Assembly (NCBI GenBank): GCA_951406725.2
Contig: OX597820.1
Coordinates: 50,530,001-50,594,000, forward strand
DNA: 64,000 nucleotides
Direction: 5' to 3'
Source of the DNA: Octopus vulgaris
Lineage: Eukaryota
Within the stretch, counting starts at the first letter, position 1. Each line of letters starts with the position of its first letter. The notes under the pieces are model-generated. The model saw only the letters and a program-made list of their open reading frames with translations, made no database searches and was not told the DNA's origin. Made by a program: the position numbers and the translations under genes. Shown piece by piece: positions 54,521-64,000 of this stretch.

Positions 54521-54993
54521 GCTTTTCAGTGTAATTATTTTAATATGTTTTTTTCTATTAATTATATTTGTATATGGTTTACTAAATTCTCTATCGAAAG
54601 GATTGTGCTTCCAATTTATTGGCTTTACGTCCTGCTTTGGTCAAAGAGAATCATATATTTCTCTGTGGTTTAGGTATATTTATTTTTGGTTTCGTGATTT
54701 GATATATAACTTTCTTTATTCATATACACAGGTGCGTAGATACTCACACAGAAGCACAAATACCTACAAACACATACACAGAGATATGCATTGTATCGCA
54801 CTGGTAGTTTTTATGAGAGTACAATGTTTGCATAATTTTGCGGGGTGAGTTTCTTTTAGTATCAAATGTATGTATGCACTTATATGTGTTGTACGCGTAA
54901 CAGTTTCCAGGAATTCATGTTTGACGTTTGTCATTTTTCTTTTTCGTGGGAGAGTTGACATAGAGACAATTGGGTTTTCTATTTTATTACAAA

Positions 54994-55381
54994 CTAGCAG
55001 TATCGCCCGGCGTTGCTCGGGTTTGTAAGGGAAATAACTATATCAGCATTTTTAGAGAGTTATAGCCAAAAAATAGCAAAAAATGCATTAAAAATGGGAA
55101 AATGTGATGGTAATTTTTTTTTAAATCGTTGACTCACCGTAAACATTTTTAGAGAGTTACTTCCCTTAGCGAAAAAATGCATTAAAATGCAAAAATATGA
55201 TAGTAAATTATTTTTTAAATCGTAAACTCATCGTAGACGCGCGCTAATACCCAGAAGGGCTCGATATGAATCACGACTATAAGATACCCGCTTTTGGTTA
55301 CACTGCACCGCAAAATGTGGGAGTAGTTAGGAATCTAAATCGTAGGAGACAGACACACAACTTGACTTTTATATGTAAAGA
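54994..55381 (-). mobile_element. Non-autonomous Helitron (second copy)
   Basis: Highly similar to 47600-47995, with the same TC/CTAG termini and AT target. Confidence 0.85.
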
Positions 55382-55949
55382 TATTTGCATCTCCGTAATT
55401 CTCCTACGAAAGACCTGATTGTTATATCGTAATTTGTAACCTGCACACAGTTCATGATATATTTTGAAGATCAACTTGTTTCTCTATGTGCAACGCGGCC
55501 TGATCCAGTTCCTTATCTTTAACAAGTGGAAACGTATTTCGTTTCTATTTTACTTTTGTCTCACATATTGCTACAAGAATCTATATTCAGAACTAGTTTG
55601 CGCAAGTGTCGAGCATTTTATTATTTCGAATTTAAATATGCTTTCACAATAGTCATCTTCAAATCAATTTTGCTGGACCGTTCCTTTATTTCATCTGCTA
55701 ATATGCAGGAAATGACATGTATTTTGTGCATATCGTCTTTGAAACTTCTCCTAATTGCCCCAATTTATTTTTCTTCCTTTCTTCCTTCTTTCTTTCAATT
55801 CTGTAGCTTTTAGATAATGTGCTTTCAGGAAGTTTCAACTCATAAAATATTTATATCTATTTTCTGTTGTAGATTGTGCGTTTGTTGATGCATTGTGAAT
55901 CTACTTAGTTGAGTGAATTTCCTTAGTTGATTTTCTCTTTGTACATTAT

Positions 55950-56640
55950 ATATATATATACATATATACCCAAGCCAATTCCCCATTTTCTAGGATGGTT
56001 AGGCAAAACAAGGCACACACAAGGTATGCCAATTGTTTCCCAGCTCAAAGAAGCGAATCTCGTTCTATACTGGGGTCAAGGCATAGATCACAACACCGAA
56101 TATCAGCAATGGGGCCAGAAGTTGGGCATCTGTCTTCCAGTTGCTTAGATTTTGAAGTGCCTGGCTGACCTCTTCAGTTGCTATAAGGGTCCAGAGTTGT
56201 TCAGGCGCTGTGTTCGTTCTTTTGATAGATCTTTTCTGAGGTTGTTTTTTCGCCGACCATATTTCTTTTCAAAATTCTTCAACATTCTTCTGCTTCTGGT
56301 GCTTCATCGATCTCTTTTTTATTTTTGCCAAGTACTTAGTAGAATGTTTTGGGGTCGGAGTTGAACTGTTTGTTTTGATCAAAGAAACGTTGACGTTTCT
56401 CATACCGGTGGATTCTTTGTGCTTTGGCGGGGATATCTTACTTTAGCTGTTCTTTTACCTCGAGTATACCTTGTTCTGTAATGTTGTAATTACGTAGTAT
56501 ATTTTCATCTCTTCTTGTTGCATAGTGGTGTTGATTGTCTACTAGTTTCATTAAGAATTGACATTTCCTTTCTCTTATTTTCCTTTTGTTTTGTATGCGG
56601 ATATTATTTATCGACAGGTTTTGTTTGAGTGATGATTCTC
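55950..56640 (-). mobile_element. R4/Dong-type LINE N-terminal fragment
   Basis: Minus strand K/R-rich region followed by a NWKTDA segment upstream of the RT, homologous in layout to ~18300-18750; abuts (ATT)n. Confidence 0.6.
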
Positions 56641-56662
56641 CTGTTTATTATTATTATAATTA

Positions 56663-56743
<81 letters not shown>

Positions 56744-56756
56744 TTAGTATTAGTAT

Positions 56757-56835
<79 letters not shown>

Positions 56836-56861
56836 TGCTGCTATTATTTTTCACTATTTTG

Positions 56862-57065
56862 AGCTGGTAGAAACCATATAGCATAGGAAAAATGCCTTCT
56901 GGAATTCGTTCCCTTCGTTTACACTCTTAGTTGATATCCCATAGAGGTCAAATTTGGTTTTCATCTCTCCGGGGCTAATAAAACAAATTAATATTCTAGT
57001 ACTGGTGTCAGTAGCATCGTCCGTGCTCTTCCCCTCAAAATTTCTGACCTTGTGCCTAAATTAGG
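56862..57065 (+). mobile_element. Decayed short SINE (second family)
   Basis: GAGCTGGTAGAAACC...GGTTTTCATCTCTCCGGGG...CTTGTGCCTAAATTAG. Confidence 0.6.
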
Positions 57066-57078
57066 AAAAAAATTTATA

Positions 57079-58367
57079 TTAGATAGGAAACTAAGTTCCC
57101 ACGGTATTTTAAAATTAATTTTTTTTTAAGGTTTAATAAAAAATAACAACTAATTAATCAACCCTTGTTGTTTACAACTTCTTCCTAACATTCAACAAGA
57201 TTTTCAATACCTTGTTGGTAGAAATCACTCGATTTCGACTCGAAAAATTGATCCAACCAAGCTCTCAATTCTCCATCAGTATTGAACGAAAATTCCGCGC
57301 ATAGCATCTGAAAGAGATCAAAAGATGTAGAAATACAGTTTGTGCCAAATCAGGAGAATACGGTGTGACAGCATTTCCCAGCCATACGTTTGAATGGCTT
57401 ACTTGGTCATATTGGCAATATGAGGGCGGGAGTTGTCGTGCAGCAGAAGAACTCCATGCTGACGATTAGGTCTTTTTCTTGAATAGCCGTGTTGAGTCTT
57501 TCCATCTGTTGAACATAGAACCCCGATTTGACCGTTTGGTTCCGTTCAAACATTTCGTAATGGATAATCCCTTCCTAGTCTCACCATACGCACAACATCA
57601 GTTTAGGCGGATGAAGATCTTGTTTCACGCGCGGTGCCGCTTGTTTAACGGGTCTAAACCAGTCCTTACTTTGCTTCATATTGATATACAGGCACCATTT
57701 TTCGTCGCCAGTAATAATTCGGTAAAGAAATCGATGCTTGTGTCCATGGGTTGAGCCATGACGAGAAAGCAAACCAACGGAGATAGTGGCTTGTTGATTT
57801 TGTTATCATTTAAAGCATGCGGAACTAAATGCTCCATACCTCTGAACCTTTCTCATCGAGTGAAGATGCTTCTCTATAGCAGTGTGGGGGCATTCCATTT
57901 TCTCTGCCAGTTCCCTTATCGTTTGACGAGAATTTTTGTGCAAAAGTTGGTTTAATCGCTCTTCAACGAGCTCAACTGCTCGGCCGAAACGAGGTGCATC
58001 TTTGAGGTTAAACTTTCCATTTTTGAACTTGGCATACCAATTCCGAGCGGTTCTTTGAGCTATGGCACCCTCTGCATATACAGCACGAATGTCACGAGCA
58101 GCTTTTGCGGCCTTAGAACCTTGATTAAAAACAAAAAGAAGGAGGTGTCGAAAATGCTCGTTTTTCTTAACTTGACATTCCATTTTAATGATCTGAAAAT
58201 AAACAAAAATTAACTAAAATTAACTAGAAAAAAAAAAAAGATTCCAAAATGATTCGAAAATAGAATTCTCCAAAAAAGGTAGATTCCAAAATTTAAAAAC
58301 GCAATAACTTCCAAAATTAAAAAAAAAAAACAACAAAAAAACGGTGGGAACTTAGTTGCCAACCCAA
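57079..58367 (-). mobile_element. Full-length mariner element with transposase pseudogene
   Basis: ORF 57806-58183 MECQVKKNEHFRH...DAPRFGR; ORF 57581-57772 IITGDEKWCLY...KLMLCVW. TIRs TTAGATAGGAAACTAAGTTCCCAC and GTGGGAACTTAGTTGCCAACCCAA with TA on both sides. Confidence 0.93.
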
Positions 58368-58702
58368 TAATAATTATTATTTTGGTATTGTTCGTGTAGG
58401 GTTATTGTAGTTACAGTCGTTTTTTTTTCTTTTATAATCATCATCATCGTTATTGTCGTCGTCGTCGTCGTCATCATCATCATCATCAAATGTTTCGAAC
58501 GAAGAATTACTAAGTCACTACGCGCACCTCTGGTAATCTGAGTAATATGTAAAAATTTGTCATGCTGGAGACAGTGGTTCTTTATCGTATGTTTTATTTT
58601 CTCTGTTCTACAGTTGGTTTCATTTTTACTCTATTAAGTTACGTACATTTATTTCCAGTGCCGAAATCTCTCCCGAGTAGATTAATGTGCTTAAATGGTA
58701 CA

Positions 58703-58831
58703 TAAACCCTTTGGAGCCGTAACATCGGTCTACCGGTGTCTGGCTTATTTTTCTCTGTACCGCAGCACCCACCAGTGGAATACCAGGTATCTAGGAAAAT
58801 AAAGTTCAGGAGGTCAGGGCTGAAAGGGTTA
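58703..58831. mobile_element. Possible small piggyBac-like MITE
   Basis: TAAACCCTTTGGAGCC...GGGCTGAAAGGGTTAA: imperfect CCC/GGG TIRs, with a clean TTAA on one side only. Confidence 0.3.
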
Positions 58832-59204
58832 AAAAAGAAATAAATATCTCTCATATATTGGAAAGCATTTATAAATCTATACTCTCCCCTGCATGCGTTG
58901 ATTAATGCCTATATTTGATATAATTTCTATCAAAGATTAATGGAATATTATCAGGGGGAAATCAAAACAGTCCTTGATTCACTAATGCCTATTTAATTAG
59001 ATTCCAATATCTACCTGAGGGAGACCACCTCATAGCTCTGGGGGTCAATAAAGAAGTCACTAATGTCCTCATCTTGATACAGAAGCATAGGTTTGCTATC
59101 TTCGAAACCGTGTGATTATGTGTGAACTTTCAAAATCATTTATCCTGGTCCTCGTCAATGTCAACTTCATCGACGTTGCCCGCCATCGTCATTATCGCAA
59201 TTGT

Positions 59205-60215
59205 CGTCGAAGTCCTCCTTCTTATCTTTCTTCTACTCCCCTTTCTTCATTTCATCCCCGTTTCCTTCCGCCTTTTTCTCCGCCTCGACCCATTCCTCAT
59301 CTCCCCCAATTCCCCCTCTCCTATTTCTCTCTCCACCTTTTCATCTATTCTCCTCCTCCTCCTCCACTTCTTTCTCTTCCTCCTCTCCAACACATCTTCC
59401 ACCTTCTACTCTTTCTCATCCTCTTTCACTTCCTCATCCACATTCTCTCCTTCCTCCATCTCCACCTCTCTTCCTATTTCTCCACCTCTACTCATCCATC
59501 CTTCTCCACCCCTGTTCCTTCTCCTCCTGCACCTATTCCTCATCTCCTTTCCACGCTTCCTCCTCTCCTCCCCTTTCTCTTCTTCCTTCTTCCTCCTCCT
59601 CCTCCTCCTCCACGCTCCCCCCACATCTTCCCTCTTCCTACTCCTCCAACACTTCTTCCCATCCTACTCCTTACCACTTCCTCTACATCTACCTCTCCTC
59701 CTCTCTTTTTTTCTCCTACTTGCATTTCATGCCCTCTATCTCCTCTGCCTCCTTCACCTTCACCAGTTCTTCCTCGTTGCTCACTTCCTCCTCCTCCTAC
59801 TCCTCCTCCTCTCCTTCTCATCTTTCTTCTCTTCCATCTCGTCCACCTCTTCCACCTCTTCCACCTCCTCCAACTCCTTTCCTCCTCCTCCTCCTCATTC
59901 TCATCATCATCACAGCATCCCATCATCACTTCCACTTCACCCTCCCCTCATCCTTTTCCCCACGTCCTTTTCATCTTCCCTGCTACCTCCCCCTCTTCTT
60001 CCACCCAACTTCCTCTTCATCCTCCCCTTCTCATCTTCCTTCTTCTTTCCCTCTTCTTCTACCTCTCCTCCCTCTTCTTTTTACTCATCTTCCCCTCCTC
60101 AACCTTCTCTTCCTATCCGTCTCTGCATTTCCTCTTCTTACTCCTATTTTTCCGCTTCTCTCTGCCTCCGCCTCTTCCTCCTCCTCTTTCTCTTCCTCCC
60201 TCTCCTCCTCATCAT
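59205..60215. repeat. ~1-kb degenerate polypyrimidine (TCC/TCT/CTT) tract
   Basis: Plus strand is mostly C/T; all three plus frames are open because stop codons are compositionally rare. Confidence 0.9.
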
Positions 60216-60399
60216 CATCAACGCCGTCCCGTCATCAACGAAGCAGCAATTTACATATTAGCGTGGATTACGAATCCCTTCATTTAATTTCCAATCCACC
60301 TCACCTTCCTTCACTGCTTTAACACAATTGTCATTACCCGACATATTTGCTCCACTTCCAACACCTCCATCGCCTCTCCTACCATTCTCTTCCTTCTAC

Positions 60400-60538
60400 T
60401 TATCATCATAATCATGAGCATGATCGTCATCATCGTCGTCGTCATCATCATCAGCAGCAGAAGCATCATCCTCATCATCATCAGCAGCAGCATCGTCGTC
60501 GTCGTCGTCATCATCATCATCATCATCTTCATCATCAA

Positions 60539-60603
<65 letters not shown>

Positions 60604-60660
60604 ACATTATCATCAACAGCATCATCATCATCATCATCATCACCACCACCACCACAAGCA
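60400..60660. repeat. (CAT)n microsatellite
   Basis: Direct inspection. Confidence 0.95.
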
Positions 60661-60839
60661 TGGCCATCGCCGCCATTCCTAAGTAATTATCAATATTAAT
60701 TATATTACATTGCATCGTATTATTGTTCTTTATATACATATATCGATAACTAATATTAATGTTTTACGCATTCTTGCAATATATATGCACACACAAAAGT
60801 ATTTATATACTCACACTCACGCATGCACACATGGTTACT

Positions 60840-61003
60840 TTTATATATATATATATATAGATAGATAGATAGAGAGAGAGAATCATACATACATATATAT
60901 ATATACACACACATTCATATATACACACATATAAATATAACTTTACTCACATATATACATATATATATATATACATATACATACATGCATACATACATAT
61001 GTA

Positions 61004-61052
<49 letters not shown>

Positions 61053-61478
61053 ATATATATATATAGATAGATAGATATATAAATACATACGTATTTGTAT
61101 TCATACATGTACGCTAAGCATATAGATTTTAATATTTTGTAATTGTTATTGGTTTACTTTTTTTTTACTTCAATTATTATAAAATATTATTTGAAGAATC
61201 TTTGGGCCGCGACTAATGCAAACGAAAGATCCTAGACGTGATCGGTTTTTAATATATTTGCGATGCAATTAGTAATATTCTCGCCATACACAGCACACAG
61301 TCGCTGACTTCATGTCAATACTGCTTTCTATAGGGGAAAAAAAAAGAAAAATTATTATTCTTAGTTATGGAATACTGAACAGCCGATATTGAAATTAAGT
61401 TAATATTGCATTTATGTATTTAATTTTATATCTCGAAGATTAATTTAGTATTCAGAGGCACAATGAAGCTGATTCCCT

Positions 61479-61558
<80 letters not shown>

Positions 61559-61615
61559 TGCCTGTGTCTGTCTGTGTATTTGATTTACAAGATTCTTTGA
61601 ATATATATAGGTATG

Positions 61616-61650
<35 letters not shown>

Positions 61651-61672
61651 AAAATATATTTATATACATATA

Positions 61673-61713
<41 letters not shown>

Positions 61714-61942
61714 GGAGATTTGTAAGAATGTATGTACATTTGTTTGTATGTGTAGATCTATGTGTATGTTTATTCGTGGATGCATAATTGAATGTATGTA
61801 TGAATGAATATTTGTTAGTATAGCCGTACACATTCATATACCTGTGGGTGAAGAAACATCTGTATGTACGTATGGTTGTAAGTATATTAATGTCCATGGT
61901 TATTTGTGTCTATGTGCGTATGTATGTATTATAATATATATG

Positions 61943-61989
<47 letters not shown>

Positions 61990-62007
61990 GTATATTTATA
62001 TAGATTT

Positions 62008-62056
<49 letters not shown>

Positions 62057-62070
62057 CATATATATATAGG
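60840..62070. repeat. (TA)n/(TG)n microsatellite clusters
   Basis: Direct inspection. Confidence 0.9.
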
Positions 62071-64000
62071 CTTATATGTGAGGAGTGTATACATATGTGC
62101 AGTCCATAAACATGTGCATTTCTTATTGAATAATTTAATAATTGAACATTATTGAATTCCCGTGCATTTATTATTCAATAAACATATATTCATCCTTTAA
62201 TCTTGAAATATTTCCACACTTCTGCTTTCTTTTTTTCCTCTCAGAATTGACCTTATACCATCAAAGCTGTCATTGTTGGCACGTGACACACTTGGTATGC
62301 CGTCTATTATTGTTTAAACATTCTCCCAATTCTATTTATGTCTATATTCATTTATTCAAATAAGTGTTTTAGTATTTTAATTAAAATATTTCTAACCGAC
62401 TTAGCTGTAACCGACAAACTGCGAATCGTTGCAAACATTTAGCGACATACAAATCTTCAGAGAATTTTAACGTTAGAATAGAATGAAGATCAACTTCTAT
62501 ATTTAGCCACTCCTAAATAATTGCGAAATAAACAATGGGAAACTATGGTACTAAAACCGTCACATGAAGGGAATTTCTCTAAGAAGTACACAGAAATTAA
62601 ATGCTTCACAACAGAAAGGCGGGGAATTTAACCATTGGAAATAGAAATCACAGCACATCAAGAAATTTTCTGAAAGAAAAATTAAATGTGTGTAAATTTC
62701 GAAGTATAATTATGAAACCTCACCACTCGAGGGTATTGTATTGTTTTGGGAAACAGTTATGTCTGTTAAGTGATCTGATTACTGTTGGATCAAAATCATC
62801 AATGATTTTGTATCCCAGTTCAATAAATGAGAAATGCATTGTTTCATTCTTCAAATAACAAACACCACTGACCTACAATTTTCCCTCTTGCCTTGTACAG
62901 AGAAAACAGACTCACATATGTCATAAATTATTAACAAATGCGAATAACAGAATCAGTATTCACTCATATCTAAAAAGATAACACAAATAACGCGAATACA
63001 AATGTAAGGAGTTACAACAATGTATACAGTTTACTGGTTGTGATTCAATGGAAACACTCATAATTGGTTGTTGAATACGCTTTGAATTTTATATTATATT
63101 TATGAGGAATTAATAACATTCTGTTAGATAAGCACGAAAAATAAAATGGATTCTCAAATGTAAAGTTAATCAAAGGTATTTTAAGTTAACTCTCTCTCTA
63201 ATCTGAGTTCTTCCGTTTGGTACTTGTATCAATGAACTTTATGGAAAGCAATGATTTAAAGCTAATCAAATTATGTATATAACTAAACCTTCTGGTATTA
63301 TTTTAATTTGATTATGGTTACATTTTGCATACGTTCTCATCACAAAATTATAGAGGTCCTCTTTATAGTTGCTTTGTTGATGCAAACTGGTGAAGTTAAA
63401 TTTAATTTCGAAAACTACTTCACAATAAATTAGGAAAATTTTACTCAGCAACAAGTGAAAGGCCATAGGAATATAGACACTGCAGAAATAGTGGCGCGAT
63501 TTGCTTCATGTATATTCTATGACATAAATTTGTGTGGTAAAAATTTCAGATTCGTTACCGATGAAATGTTTTTCATCCGATACACTCGTATCTCCTACTA
63601 ACATTGCTGCAAATATTATTGATCTGTTGTACCCTCCTCTGTTACTTATGTCATGTTCTGCGAGTACCAAGCGAATAATTTTCTTTCCCAATGAAATTGA
63701 CAGAATTATGCAGCTATAAAATAAATATCTAACTCTACCACTAACAACAACACCAATTATCGAACATTAATCTCACTTATAGGCCCAGGACTGCTCCCAT
63801 TTTTACCGTGCCCATATAGGCCAACATTACAACTGCTGCAACCTTTATTGTGATAAATACGATTGACTATACATGCGCATTGATATAAGCTTATAAAAAT
63901 CGCTATTAATATCGTCAAATTATAGAATAATTAAACTGCTGAACAAAATACCATGATACTGTAGTTTCTAATGTCCTTTTACATGCTAACTTCAAACCCA

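Noticed and set aside
59112-60322. Three long overlapping ORFs (373-391 aa)
   Set aside because: Low-complexity pyrimidine tract that rarely produces stop codons; no domain is recognisable.
63266-63850. Possible host exons on the minus strand (ORFs 63506-63691, 63266-63466)
   Set aside because: No recognisable protein similarity or consistent splice-bounded open frame; would need RNA-seq or BLASTX.

Overview
Eukaryotic, AT-rich, microsatellite-dense non-coding DNA. The SINE, R4/Dong, RTE and mariner content resembles an Octopus (coleoid cephalopod) genome; this is an inference from repeat families, not a database result. I cannot support any host protein-coding gene, RNA gene or CRISPR array: nearly all listed ORFs are microsatellite read-throughs or decayed transposon fragments. 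The window holds two mariner elements, several R4/Dong-type LINEs oriented in (AAT)n, two internally deleted L1/Tx1-like LINEs, RTE fragments, tRNA-derived SINEs, two non-autonomous Helitrons, five copies of an unclassified ~550-bp (AAT)n-associated element, and several Penelope-like elements (PLEs). The most notable feature is a near-perfect ~575-bp non-coding palindrome (40856-41430) in (TA)n. Each arm carries an intact-looking minimal type I hammerhead ribozyme (U3-A8 core variant, palindromic helix III), and one arm has a short unique tail. A coding PLE at 21033-22978 has the same architecture: inverted arms, an outward-facing hammerhead, a one-sided tail and a microsatellite target. All alignments and folds were done by eye, and boundaries of decayed elements are approximate.
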